Shown piece by piece: positions 40,907 to 51,003 of a DNA stretch of 64,000 nt. The stretch covers positions 96,001 to 160,000 of the forward strand of contig OY970208.1 of the NCBI GenBank assembly GCA_963713865.1. Direction: 5' to 3'. Below the pieces are notes generated by a model. It had not been told where the DNA came from. It did no database searches and saw only the letters and a program-made list of their open reading frames with translations. Every line of letters starts with the position of its first letter. The stretch's first letter is position 1. Source of the stretch: an uncultured candidate division Zixibacteria bacterium (GTDB taxonomy: Bacteria; Zixibacteria; MSB-5A5; RBG-16-43-9). A program made the translations under genes and the position numbers.

Positions 40907-41737
40907 ATGCGATATTTTCTGGAAAAAGAGCTCATTCAAAATTTAAAGGAAAAGATTAAAAAAGCTGAAAGGATTTTTCTCTTCTTGGACTATGACGGAA
41001 CTTTAACCCCAATCCGGAGGATACCTGAGCTAGCCTTGCTTTCTCCTTCAACCCGGAAATCCTTAGAGAGTTTGGTTTCTATACCGCGGATTGTTTTAAC
41101 AATTGTAAGCGGACGGGCTTTAACCGAAATCAAAAGGCTGGTAAATCTAGATAATTTAAACTATGTGGGAAACCACGGTTTGGAGATGAGGGTTGGAGCT
41201 TCTGAGTATAAGCTTACTCAAGCCAAAAGGATAAAAGAGAGAATGAGTTCACTATTTCGTAAAATCAAAGGAAAAACAAGACAGTTCTCAGGCATACTGG
41301 TTGAAAACAAGAGATTAACTCTGAGTATTCATTATCGTATGGCAAAAGAAGATTGTCTTCCTCCGCTAAAAGAAATAGTCATTTCAGTTGTTTCCCCTTT
41401 TAAAAGGAACTATGAATTAAGAGAAGGTAAAAAGGTTTTGGAGATAAAGCCAAAGAGTAAAAAGAATAAGGGCTGGGCGGTGGGTAAAATAATTCAACTA
41501 TACAATTCTAATCGAAAGCCTAAACCTCTATATTTCTATTTCGGAGATGATCTAACGGATGAGGATGGCTTTAAATTAATAAATTGGAGAAAAGGTTATA
41601 GCGTTCTAATAGATAAAAAGAAAGAGCATTCAAATGCTCATTACTATCTGAGAAGTCCCAAAGAGGTTCACCTCTTTTTGAGCTGGCTGAAAAAAATACT
41701 AACCCAAAAACAAAGGAGGAAACCTTGGATAACCTGA
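40907..41737 (+). CDS. otsB: Trehalose-6-phosphate phosphatase
   Basis: HAD motifs LDYDGTL, SGR, GNHGLE, NKG and GDDLTDEDGF. Confidence 0.93.
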   Translation: MRYFLEKELIQNLKEKIKKAERIFLFLDYDGTLTPIRRIPELALLSPSTRKSLESLVSIPRIVLTIVSGRALTEIKRLVNLDNLNYVGNHGLEMRVGASEYKLTQAKRIKERMSSLFRKIKGKTRQFSGILVENKRLTLSIHYRMAKEDCLPPLKEIVISVVSPFKRNYELREGKKVLEIKPKSKKNKGWAVGKIIQLYNSNRKPKPLYFYFGDDLTDEDGFKLINWRKGYSVLIDKKKEHSNAHYYLRSPKEVHLFLSWLKKILTQKQRRKPWIT

Positions 41738-42765
41738 ACGAAATCCTGATTGGCTTGGGAATTGTAGTCCTATTTATTATTCTGGGCTATCTTTCCAGAT
41801 ATATCCTAAAAAGGTATCTCAAAAAATATGCCGCTAAAACTGAAACCCAGTTGGATGATATTTTAATAAAAGCCCTCCACGGGCCAATTATAATTCTTTT
41901 TGTTATCGCTGGAATCTGGCTGGGAGGAGACTATCTAAAACTGCCAGAGAAGCTTCACCTGTATCTGATTAAAGGTTTGTTTATCTTCTTAGTAGCTGTC
42001 ACAGTTTACGTAAGCATAAAAATCATCAATAATCTGATTATCTATTATGGCAGCAGAAACGAAGCTTTGAAGCCAGTTGCCAATTTAAGCCAGAGAGTGG
42101 TTCAGTACCTGATCTTAGCCATAGGAATAATAATGGTCCTGGACTATTTCGGTATCTCGGTCTCTTCACTTTTAGCTACCTTAGGAATAGCTGGCCTGGC
42201 TGTGGCTTTAGCACTGCAGGACACCTTAGCCAATTTCTTTGCTGGACTTCATATAATGGCTGACCGCCCAATTGCTGCAGGCCATTACATTAAATTAGAA
42301 AGCGGAGAAGAAGGGTTTGTGGAGGAGATCGGCTGGAGAAGTACCCGGATTCGCTCTCTTCCAAACAACCTGATCATCATCCCTAATCAGAAGTTAGCCC
42401 AGAGTATCGTTACCAACTTCTCCTTACCGGAAAACAGGATGTCATTGCTTCTGAAAATCTCGGTCAGTTATAATGAAGACCCTAAAAGAGTTGAACAGGT
42501 CTTAGTAGAGGAAGCGTTAAAAGGAGCTGAGGAGATAGAAGGTCTCCTTAAAGAGCCTGCACCCTTTGTCCGCTTCATTCCTGGATTTGGAGACTATTCC
42601 TTGGACTTTACTTTGATCTGTCAGGTAGTAGATTTCGTCTCCCAGTATTATGTGCAGCATGAATTACGGAAAAGGATTTTTGACCGATTTAAAAAGGAAG
42701 GAATCGAGATTCCCTTCCCGATTCAAACTATATATTTAAGACAAATAGATAAACCTTTAAATTAA
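41725..42765 (+). CDS. mscS: MscS-family mechanosensitive channel
   Basis: GLAVALALQDTLANFFAG, IGWRST, IPN and GIEIPFP motifs. Confidence 0.9.
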   Translation: MDNLNEILIGLGIVVLFIILGYLSRYILKRYLKKYAAKTETQLDDILIKALHGPIIILFVIAGIWLGGDYLKLPEKLHLYLIKGLFIFLVAVTVYVSIKIINNLIIYYGSRNEALKPVANLSQRVVQYLILAIGIIMVLDYFGISVSSLLATLGIAGLAVALALQDTLANFFAGLHIMADRPIAAGHYIKLESGEEGFVEEIGWRSTRIRSLPNNLIIIPNQKLAQSIVTNFSLPENRMSLLLKISVSYNEDPKRVEQVLVEEALKGAEEIEGLLKEPAPFVRFIPGFGDYSLDFTLICQVVDFVSQYYVQHELRKRIFDRFKKEGIEIPFPIQTIYLRQIDKPLN

Positions 42766-42786
42766 AATTTATCTCAGGAGGGGAAA

Positions 42787-43461
42787 ATGCCAGAGAATCT
42801 ATCTCAATTTTTTGAAAGGCTGGGAGAGGTCTTAATCAGTATCTTAAATTTCTTGCCAACTTTAATCTTGGCTATACTCCTGCTGATTATAGGCTGGCTC
42901 CTCGCTAAGCTGATTCGCCTTTTAGTGATAAGACTTTTGAACATTTTCAAGTTTGACCGTTTGACAAAAAAGGGACCACAGGATGAACTTCGTCAAAAGG
43001 ACAGAACTAAAGCCAAGGAACTCATAGGAAATCTCTTCTACTGGCTTTTAATCTTCATCCTTTTAACTGTTGTGCTGGACGTGATAGGCTTGAATATCGG
43101 AGAACTGGTCTTAACCCGTGTTTCGGAGATACTCCCGAGGGTGTTTGTTGCTATAATGGTTTTGATTTTAGGATTGGTCTTAGCCATCTTTGTCGGAGAA
43201 ATAGCTCATGCTCTACTTCTGAACACCAGTATTAAACATCCTCAGATCTGGGTTCGGGGAATACGATGGCTCGCTTCAGCATTTGTGATAGTCCTGGCTT
43301 TAGAACAATTAGGCTTGGCTGCCCACTTAGTAATCAATTTGATTCTAATCTTAGCCGGAGCCATAGCCTTATCCTTTGCCTTAGCCTTTGGATTGGGGTG
43401 CAAAGATATTGCTAAGGATATAATAATCGAGTTTTTTAGGAAAGAAGAGGAAGAAAAATAA
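42787..43461 (+). CDS. MscS-related TM-helix repeat protein (CmpX-like)
   Basis: FLP.LI.A.LLL.IGW.LA repeats and ALAFGLG.KD motif. Confidence 0.75.
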   Translation: MPENLSQFFERLGEVLISILNFLPTLILAILLLIIGWLLAKLIRLLVIRLLNIFKFDRLTKKGPQDELRQKDRTKAKELIGNLFYWLLIFILLTVVLDVIGLNIGELVLTRVSEILPRVFVAIMVLILGLVLAIFVGEIAHALLLNTSIKHPQIWVRGIRWLASAFVIVLALEQLGLAAHLVINLILILAGAIALSFALAFGLGCKDIAKDIIIEFFRKEEEEK

Positions 43462-43463
43462 AT

Positions 43464-44246
43464 ATGGCAAAATCTCCGAAGGTTACTCCTTTCAGGTTTT
43501 TTACTTCAGTCCCTTTAGTGGAGCTGACTGGGCAGAAAGCTAAAAATCTTAAAGAACTTAAGGATATAATCGAGGTAATCGATGGCTCCTCCATCTATTT
43601 CCATACCCATCATTACGTTCGAGAGCATCATTTCTTCTCCGAGGAATATCCTTCAGATTTTGCCTACTGGGTGGCTGAGATTCTGCAGGAAAAACCATTA
43701 GGGGAGAAATTAGCCATCCTGGATCTGCGAGACTTCCCCACTATCCGTTCTTTGAGGGAGAAAATCTTAGGGCTAATCAGCGACTATCTGGATAAAAGCA
43801 GAGGGATTAGAGATGTACAGTCAGGGCTTGAGTTCCATTTTTGCAAAACAGTTAGCTTCATAATCTCCACTACTTATCAGGCAAACGATCTTTCGGAATT
43901 CAGAAGAGCTCTAGAAAAGGTCGATATTCATTCCCTCTATTACCATCTTATGGAATATCGCATCCGGGAGACCGGAGATTCGAATGACTTTTCTAAATGG
44001 ATCAGGGATAATTTGGGCAGGGAGACCTTAGCCAAAGCCATTGAAGACCTGGACCCTTATTTCTACCCACTGGAGCAGACCAAAGAAAAGATCCTGAAGA
44101 TCTTAGCTCGGGAAAGATACTTTGAGCGAGTAAAACATAAGCTTTCCAGCTACACCACCAGCACTGAGGTTGGTAAATTCCTCAAAAGTAAGAAAGGTTT
44201 TAACCGGCTTAAGGCCGGCTTCCAGAAATTAATGGGCGGGGAATAG
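43464..44246 (+). CDS. DUF5752-like protein
   Basis: Two internal repeats F.F...A.NL.E....SIY.H...DF..W; located beside a TreT-like gene. Confidence 0.75.
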   Translation: MAKSPKVTPFRFFTSVPLVELTGQKAKNLKELKDIIEVIDGSSIYFHTHHYVREHHFFSEEYPSDFAYWVAEILQEKPLGEKLAILDLRDFPTIRSLREKILGLISDYLDKSRGIRDVQSGLEFHFCKTVSFIISTTYQANDLSEFRRALEKVDIHSLYYHLMEYRIRETGDSNDFSKWIRDNLGRETLAKAIEDLDPYFYPLEQTKEKILKILARERYFERVKHKLSSYTTSTEVGKFLKSKKGFNRLKAGFQKLMGGE

Positions 44247-44251
44247 CTCTT

Positions 44252-45481
44252 ATGTATAAGAATATCTTGGAATACGGAAAAGTCATTGGTCAGCAGACCC
44301 TGGAGACCATCTTCAGAATAGCTGAGCGACTTTCAGACAAAAAGGTCAAGATGGTCAACTCCACTGCTGTGGGAGGCGGGGTGGCTGAGATCCTTAATCG
44401 TTTAGTCCCCCTGATGAATGAATTAGGGATTGAGACCTACTGGGAGGTGATCAAGGGGAATGAGGAGTTCTTCAATATAACCAAAACCATTCACAATAGC
44501 CTGCATGGTAAAGAAGAACCTATAACCCCTCATATGAAAGAGGTCTTCTTAGAGGTGAATCGTGCCAATGTTAAGCTCATGAATTTCGACGAAAACTATA
44601 TCTTTATCCACGATCCCCAACCCATCGCCCTGATCGAGCAAAGAAATAACCATGAAGCCAAGTGGATCTGGCGTTGCCATATCGATGTCTCTTCCCCCTA
44701 TGAGCCGGTCTGGAACTTTATAAAAAACTATGTGGAAAGATATGATGTCTCCATTTTCTCAGCTCCAAGTTTTGCCCATGAGCTGAAAATCCCTCAGTAT
44801 CAGATCTCCCCCTCCATAGACCCTTTGAGCTTAAAAAACAGAGAGGTATCTCTTAGGGAGATCGAAAATTTATTACAGAAATATAAAATTGACCCAGAGC
44901 GTCCTATCATTACCCAGATCTCCAGATTCGATAAGCTCAAGGATCCTTTAGGAGTGATCGAGACTTATAAATTGGTGAAAAAAAGCATCGACTGTCAACT
45001 CATCTTAGCTGGAGGAACTGCAACCGATGATCCAGAGTCAGTGGAGATCTTGCCTCAGATATTATCCCGGGCAGAAGGAGACCCGGATATTCATATTATC
45101 GAGCTTCCTCCGAATTCCGATTTAGAGGTAAATATTTTACAGCGAGCTTCTACCATCATCCTTCAGAAATCCTTAAAAGAGGGTTTTGCCTTAACTGTGA
45201 CCGAAGCTTTATGGAAGAAAAAGCCGGTGGTGGCTTCTGCAGTAGGAGGAATTCCTTTACAGGTGATTCATAACTACACTGGACTTTTAGTCCATTCGAT
45301 TGAGGGTGCATCTTATAAGATAAGGTATCTTCTAAATAACCCTGCCCTGGCAAGGAAATTAGGAGAAAACGGACAGCAACATGTCCGGCACAATTTTTTG
45401 ATCACCCGCCATCTGAGAGACTACCTATTACTCCTCATAGCCTTGAATCATCCCAATCAGAGCATAATAAATTTAGGATAA
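44252..45481 (+). CDS. treT: GT4 glycosyltransferase, trehalose synthase TreT-like
   Basis: NSTAVGGGVAEIL, HDPQP, WRCHID, SRFD.LKD and EGFALTVTEALWK motifs. Confidence 0.8.
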   Translation: MYKNILEYGKVIGQQTLETIFRIAERLSDKKVKMVNSTAVGGGVAEILNRLVPLMNELGIETYWEVIKGNEEFFNITKTIHNSLHGKEEPITPHMKEVFLEVNRANVKLMNFDENYIFIHDPQPIALIEQRNNHEAKWIWRCHIDVSSPYEPVWNFIKNYVERYDVSIFSAPSFAHELKIPQYQISPSIDPLSLKNREVSLREIENLLQKYKIDPERPIITQISRFDKLKDPLGVIETYKLVKKSIDCQLILAGGTATDDPESVEILPQILSRAEGDPDIHIIELPPNSDLEVNILQRASTIILQKSLKEGFALTVTEALWKKKPVVASAVGGIPLQVIHNYTGLLVHSIEGASYKIRYLLNNPALARKLGENGQQHVRHNFLITRHLRDYLLLLIALNHPNQSIINLG

Positions 45482-45490
45482 ATTTGAGCC

Positions 45491-45606
45491 TGTAACTGCT
45501 CGATTCATCGAGTAAAGTTGCACGATAAATTGGGCAACTACAAAAAAGACAGGCAAGGATGCCTGTCTACAACTTCCCTATCTACTGTATGCTGTCTACT
45601 GTCTAC
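45491..45606. repeat. REP-like palindromes plus a (CTACTGT)n tandem repeat
   Basis: ctgctcgattcatcgagt; gacaggcaaggatgcctgtc; ctactgtatgctgtctactgtctact. Confidence 0.65.
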
Positions 45607-46742
45607 TAATTCGCTACCTTTTTCGCCAGCCAGCTTTTCTCTAAATAAATCGCTTTCTGCGGGCAGAGTTCCTGACAGCACATACAGTTGACGCATCTGG
45701 AATAATCAAACACCGGTCTTGTCTTCCCCGGAGAGATAGTTTTAAGGGGGCAGTTCTCTACACAGATATTACAATTGGTGCAGGTGCCATTATAGATATT
45801 CGGACGAACCCAGATCAAAGGTCCGATTATATCCACTAAAAACTTGGGTACAAGTTTCAGAAACCTATTAGACGGCAGTTTGAAAGAGACAGGCTTAATA
45901 TTTTCTATCTTTTCACCGGCAATTTCAATTTGAGAAAAATTGGCTATACCCAGACCTCTTTTCACCGCTATTTTAGTAGAATCTACCTCTCCTTCTTTAA
46001 AACCTAATACTTTTGCCGCTACTGTATCCATTGCCACTGCATCCTCGCCAGCTAAAAGAAAGCCTAAATATTTAGGCTCACCCGAAGCAGGACCATCCCC
46101 CTCCATCCCTACCACAGCATCCACTAAAGTAATTCTTGGCTTTACTAAAGAGAAAATGTCAACAATAACCTCTGCGAAATTTTCTGGCTTGGGTGCTTCC
46201 TTATGATATTCACCTTTCCTGAAACCGGGAATTACCCCAAACATATTTTTAACCCCACCGGTCATTAAAGTAAGCGTATGAGTCTTAAGCTTGGCTAAAC
46301 TAATTATAACATCTGCTTCCAAAGCCGGGCGGGCAATATAATAACTCTTACCGGTTTGAGATATTCTTTTTTCCACCCCTTTTTCCTCAAATGAAACCAA
46401 AGGTACTGAACTATTCTGTGAGGCCAGGCTCATCTGGGTATTGTCCCAGACCCTTTTTACCCCTCTATCTGCACCACCTGGACTGTCTCCGATAAAAGGG
46501 ATAGCCTTTAAAGCTAAAACCTCTTCTGCTACAGCCTGAACAATTGTTGGATGGGTAGTGATGGCACGGGATGGATCTTTGGCTGACAGAAGATTGGGTT
46601 TGATTAAAACCCTATTACCAGGTTTGACAAACCTATGCAACCCTCCCAGATTTTCAAAAGACCTTTTTACTGCACCTCTTGTATTATCCAGAAGGTAATC
46701 ATCACATCTTTCTATTGAAACTCTGCTCTTCATCTTTATCAT
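45606..46742 (-). CDS. DUF362 protein with a C-terminal 2x[4Fe-4S] domain
   Basis: VLIKPN, TTHP, KLKTH, KNMFG and MEGDGP motifs; two CxxCxxCxxxCP motifs. Confidence 0.9.
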   Translation of the reverse strand: MIKMKSRVSIERCDDYLLDNTRGAVKRSFENLGGLHRFVKPGNRVLIKPNLLSAKDPSRAITTHPTIVQAVAEEVLALKAIPFIGDSPGGADRGVKRVWDNTQMSLASQNSSVPLVSFEEKGVEKRISQTGKSYYIARPALEADVIISLAKLKTHTLTLMTGGVKNMFGVIPGFRKGEYHKEAPKPENFAEVIVDIFSLVKPRITLVDAVVGMEGDGPASGEPKYLGFLLAGEDAVAMDTVAAKVLGFKEGEVDSTKIAVKRGLGIANFSQIEIAGEKIENIKPVSFKLPSNRFLKLVPKFLVDIIGPLIWVRPNIYNGTCTNCNICVENCPLKTISPGKTRPVFDYSRCVNCMCCQELCPQKAIYLEKSWLAKKVAN

Positions 46743-46863
46743 CTCTTATTTCAATTCCCAACGGGTATCCTCGCCCTGCCTCAAGGTAAGATCGACCCAT
46801 GTTGGTGGCAATATGGGTCTAACGATTTTCCCGTTTCACATCTTCCATCTAATGTCTTACTTC

Positions 46864-47733
46864 TTACGCCTTACTTTTTACCTTTTTAATTCTTACCTTT
46901 ACTATCCTCTGCCCTTTCACCCTTTCTACCTGAAAGCTCAACCCTTTATATTCGATCATTTTCCCCTCCTCCGGAACCCCACCTACCAGATCATAGATTA
47001 AGCCACCTACTGTCTCAAACTCTTTTTCCGGTAGATCTAACTCCAGGAATTCATTAAGGTCGTGAATACTTACCTTTGCCGCAACCTTAAAGTTATCTTC
47101 ATCGACCTTCTGTATGGGTGGGTCGCTTTTATCATACTCATCCTCTATCTCACCTACGATCTCTTCTAAAATATCCTCCAAGGTTATCAGACCAGCGGTT
47201 CCGCCATATTCGTCCACTACAATCGCTAAATGCACCTTCTCTTTTCTCATCTCCTGCAGGAGCTCGTCGATCTTCTTATTCTCCGGGACAAAATGAGCTT
47301 TGCGTGCCAATCTTGACCAATCTACCTTTTCCTTATATTCTTTTTCTCCCAGGAAAAGGTCTTTTACAAATACGATTCCGATTATCTGATCAATAGACTC
47401 ACGGAAAAGAGGAATGCGAGAATGTCCTTTCTTCTTTACCAGCTCTCTAATTTCCTCTAAGAGTGTGCCTTCCTCTATACAAACCATATCGATCCTGGGT
47501 ACCATTATTTCCTTAACCCTTGTTTTCCCTAATTCGAAGATGCTGTGGATCATCTTTTTCTCGTCTTCTTCTAAGGTCTGAACCTTCTCCCCTTCTGCAA
47601 AGGCTAAAGATTCCATTGCCTCTTCAACTCTTTCTTCTTTAGTTTTCCTGGCGTCTCCTAACCTGTAAGGGTATTTACAGGCCCTGATCAAAAGTTTAAG
47701 CAGAGGGTTTAATATCTTCCGGGTTAAATTCAT
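46864..47733 (-). CDS. CBS-pair + CorC/HlyC domain protein
   Basis: [39 protein letters not shown] and ETVGG motifs. Confidence 0.9.
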   Translation of the reverse strand: MNLTRKILNPLLKLLIRACKYPYRLGDARKTKEERVEEAMESLAFAEGEKVQTLEEDEKKMIHSIFELGKTRVKEIMVPRIDMVCIEEGTLLEEIRELVKKKGHSRIPLFRESIDQIIGIVFVKDLFLGEKEYKEKVDWSRLARKAHFVPENKKIDELLQEMRKEKVHLAIVVDEYGGTAGLITLEDILEEIVGEIEDEYDKSDPPIQKVDEDNFKVAAKVSIHDLNEFLELDLPEKEFETVGGLIYDLVGGVPEEGKMIEYKGLSFQVERVKGQRIVKVRIKKVKSKA

Positions 47734-47792
47734 TTATTATTCCTTACTTTGTGTTAGTACTCCAACCAAGGTAAATTTTGGGAGAGAACTGC

Positions 47793-47846
47793 TGGAGTGT
47801 GAAGCTTTAGCTTTACTTTTTGGCAAACCTAAAGGTTCGCACTCTA
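47793..47846. repeat. REP doublet, inverted copy of 2542-2615
   Basis: tggagtgtgaagctttagctttac..ggcaaacctaaaggttcgcactc. Confidence 0.7.
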
Positions 47847-47887
47847 AAAACTATTTTTTTAAATCTCCGTGTAAATGTTCCAGTGAA

Positions 47888-48313
47888 TTAAGAAAATATA
47901 TACTCCTCTTCTTTTTCTCTCATCCTTTCTTCATCTTTTTTATTCTTATGTTCATATCCTAAAAGATGTAGAACTCCGTGAGCAACCAATCTTTTCAATT
48001 CCTGTTCAAATGGCACCCGATAATATTCTGCCTGATTTATGGCTTTATCTACAGATATATATACTTCTCCCAGGAAAGTACCTTTGCCTTTTAAGGTATC
48101 CTTCTCTCTGAAACCAAAAGAAAGCACATCCGTAGTCCCTTTCCTTCTGGTAAATCTCTGATTCAGTTTTTTCATATAACCATCAGAGACTAAAATTATA
48201 TTCAAATCACCTCTTTCTTTGAAATCTCTTAAGATCTTCTGAGCTAATTTTTTAAAAGATAGTAGTTTTATCTTTGAATCAGACGAAATATTCTCAATAA
48301 ATACCGGACACAT
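47888..48313 (-). CDS. ybeY: rRNA maturation RNase YbeY
   Basis: TDVLSF, LGEVYIS and HGVLHLLGYEH motifs. Confidence 0.93.
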   Translation of the reverse strand: MCPVFIENISSDSKIKLLSFKKLAQKILRDFKERGDLNIILVSDGYMKKLNQRFTRRKGTTDVLSFGFREKDTLKGKGTFLGEVYISVDKAINQAEYYRVPFEQELKRLVAHGVLHLLGYEHKNKKDEERMREKEEEYIFS

Positions 48314-49795
48314 CTAACTTTCCTCTACTAATTCCGGATAATCGATCCGGGGATGGAAAACTCCGATCAAAATGGGTAGGAAACTCTCCTCGATGATATG
48401 CAGGTCCTTTAAGGTAAGCTCGCACTCCTCTAATTCACCCTGCTCAAATTTATCCATCATTATCTTTTTGATCAGACTCATTATCCTGGCAGGTTTGGGC
48501 TCCTCTAAAGTGCGGGAGGCCGCTTCAACTGCATCCGCTATCATAAGGATGGCTGCTTCTTTGGAACGAGGTTTAGGACCAGGATACCTGTATTCAACTT
48601 CTTCAGTCTCAGTACCTCCCTTCTCTAATGCTTTTTTATAGAAAAAAGTCATCAGGGTCGTGCCGTGGTGTTCACGAATCAGATCGACTATTTTTTTGGG
48701 CAGTCGTTCTTCTTCTGCCAGCTCAGCTCCCTCCTTGACATGCGATTCCAGGATCAGAGCACTCATCGAGGGTGTAAGCTTCTCGTGCTTGCTCTTTGCT
48801 CCCATCTGATTCTCCACAAAATATTCCGGTTTCTCGATTTTACCTATATCGTGATAATAAGCCCCTACCCGTGCAAGAAGAGGATTCGCACCTAAGGATT
48901 TGGCTGCTGCCTCAACTAAATTTCCTACCACTATGCTGTGATGATAGGTCCCCGGGGCTTCCAGAGCCAGCCTTTTTAAAATAGGCCGATTCAGGTCTGA
49001 AAGCTCCAGCAGAGTAACATCGGTAGTGATATCAAATAGATATTCGAAGATCGGCAGAAGCCCCATAGCCAGAACTGTGGATATGAAACCGTTGAAAACT
49101 CCATATCCACATTTCTCTAATATATCCTGAGCTACCGTCCCTTTTAAGACTTCAAAAAAATAGACCATCACTAAATAGCTTAAGGAGATATAGAGCATCG
49201 GCCGGTAAAACTTGGTCCTTTCCTTTACTCCTCTTATGCTGAAAGTCGCCACGCTCCCCGCCACAACTGATAAAAAAGCTAAATTGAAACTTAGGTTGAA
49301 AACGATTCCCAAAAGGAATCCTATCAGAAAACTGTAAACCAGACCTATCTCATATCCTAAAAGGAGGGTCAAAAGCATCGAGCCCAGGGTAACTGGTATG
49401 AGATAAAAAGAGAAATTCCACTGGAATACCAGAAAATACGCTAAAGCCAGCTCTATTACTATCAGGAGTGCTATCATCATCAATTCAGAGAAGCTATCTA
49501 AAACCTCTTTTTTCAATAAATAGAGGAAAATCAGGAAAAAAAGAAAAGCTGATAGTATCAGAACAAAACGAATCAGAAAAGGTAGGATAACCTGCCAGGG
49601 AGTTAAAAACAGCTCCTGGTTTTCCGAAAATTGATATATAGGCTCTAAGGGGAAAAGAAAGGTTATGAAAAGCACCACAACTAACCCCAAGCCAACTCTG
49701 GGAAAATAACTCAAAACACTTTTGTCCTTTTTCTTTTCTCCATTTAAAAATAAAATACCCTTAAGCTTTCTTTTTAATTTAAGCAAATCACTCAT
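48314..49795 (-). CDS. 7TM-HD (HDIG) phosphohydrolase, PgpH-like
   Basis: TM bundle then APGTYHHS, YYHDIGK, EHHGT and ADAVEAASR motifs. Confidence 0.9.
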   Translation of the reverse strand: MSDLLKLKRKLKGILFLNGEKKKDKSVLSYFPRVGLGLVVVLFITFLFPLEPIYQFSENQELFLTPWQVILPFLIRFVLILSAFLFFLIFLYLLKKEVLDSFSELMMIALLIVIELALAYFLVFQWNFSFYLIPVTLGSMLLTLLLGYEIGLVYSFLIGFLLGIVFNLSFNLAFLSVVAGSVATFSIRGVKERTKFYRPMLYISLSYLVMVYFFEVLKGTVAQDILEKCGYGVFNGFISTVLAMGLLPIFEYLFDITTDVTLLELSDLNRPILKRLALEAPGTYHHSIVVGNLVEAAAKSLGANPLLARVGAYYHDIGKIEKPEYFVENQMGAKSKHEKLTPSMSALILESHVKEGAELAEEERLPKKIVDLIREHHGTTLMTFFYKKALEKGGTETEEVEYRYPGPKPRSKEAAILMIADAVEAASRTLEEPKPARIMSLIKKIMMDKFEQGELEECELTLKDLHIIEESFLPILIGVFHPRIDYPELVEES

Positions 49796-49978
49796 ATAAT
49801 CTTCTTATCTATTTTTTACATTTCTGTTTTCCGACGGGTCAGGGGACCCGACGAGCACACGCAATTTTGTATGTTTCCTAACCGACTTTAGCCAGGTCTC
49901 ACTAATACCACTAAAGTGACTTTAAACGATTTTAAATCTTTTCCCTTTGAACTGTTGAACTATTGAACCTTTGAACTT

Positions 49979-50947
49979 TTATTGTTTTTCTGCCTCATAT
50001 CTATCATAAGCCTTAATGATATCCTGAACCAGTTTATGCCTGACCACATCCCTTTCTGTTAGATAGATAAATTCTATCCCTTTGATTCCGGCTAAAATCT
50101 TCTGAATCTGCACCAGGCCTGATGCTTTCTTATCCTCTAAATCGATCTGGGTTATATCCCCGGTTATTACCGCTTTGGAATTAACTCCTAAACGAGTTAG
50201 AAACATTTTCATTTGAGCCACAGTGGTATTCTGAGCTTCATCTAAGATAACATAAGCGCTATTTAAGGTCCTGCCACGCATAAAGGCTAATGGCACTATC
50301 TCGATTATCCCCAACTCCATCAATTTTCTAATCTTTTCGGCAGAAAGCATATCATGCAGAGCATCATAGACCGGACGCAAATATGGGTCAACTTTAGCTC
50401 TGATATCGCCGGGAAGAAATCCTAAGCTTTCCCCTGCCTCTACTGCCGGACGCACCAAAACTAACCTGATCACCAGTCTATTTTTTAAAGCCGCTACTGC
50501 TTTAGCCACTGCTAAATAGGTCTTGCCCGTCCCTGCAGGACCAATGGAGAATACGATATCATATTGATCCATTGCGCGAACATAATCTTTTTGCCCGACC
50601 GTCCTGGGCTGGATACTCTCTTTAGTAAAAATTGATGTTACCAGAGTAGACACCTGTAAATCATTGATAGAGCCAACTTCCTCTTCCTTTACCAGGGAGA
50701 TAGCATAAAGCAGGTATTTTTCAGAAAGCTCTTTATTCTTTTTCAGGTGAGCGATCAGGTTATCGAACAAAGCCTCTAACTGCCCTATCTCCTTTTCCTT
50801 TCCTTCGAGGATGATATTATCCCCCCGTGCTATTATCTTAACATCGAACTGGCTTTCGATCATCCTCAAAAATGAACCCCCCTGCCCGAATAAAATCCTC
50901 TGGTCCACATCCCCCAGATCGATTTTTTTGATTAATTTTTTCTTCAA
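49979..50947 (-). CDS. phoH: PhoH-family ATPase
   Basis: GPAGTGKTYLA, RPAVEAGE, MRGRTL and LDEAQN motifs. Confidence 0.93.
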   Translation of the reverse strand: MKKKLIKKIDLGDVDQRILFGQGGSFLRMIESQFDVKIIARGDNIILEGKEKEIGQLEALFDNLIAHLKKNKELSEKYLLYAISLVKEEEVGSINDLQVSTLVTSIFTKESIQPRTVGQKDYVRAMDQYDIVFSIGPAGTGKTYLAVAKAVAALKNRLVIRLVLVRPAVEAGESLGFLPGDIRAKVDPYLRPVYDALHDMLSAEKIRKLMELGIIEIVPLAFMRGRTLNSAYVILDEAQNTTVAQMKMFLTRLGVNSKAVITGDITQIDLEDKKASGLVQIQKILAGIKGIEFIYLTERDVVRHKLVQDIIKAYDRYEAEKQ

Positions 50948-51003
50948 GATTTTTCTTGATTACCTCCTCTAAATCTAAATTGTTCTGACATGCTCAGTGC
51001 TGG

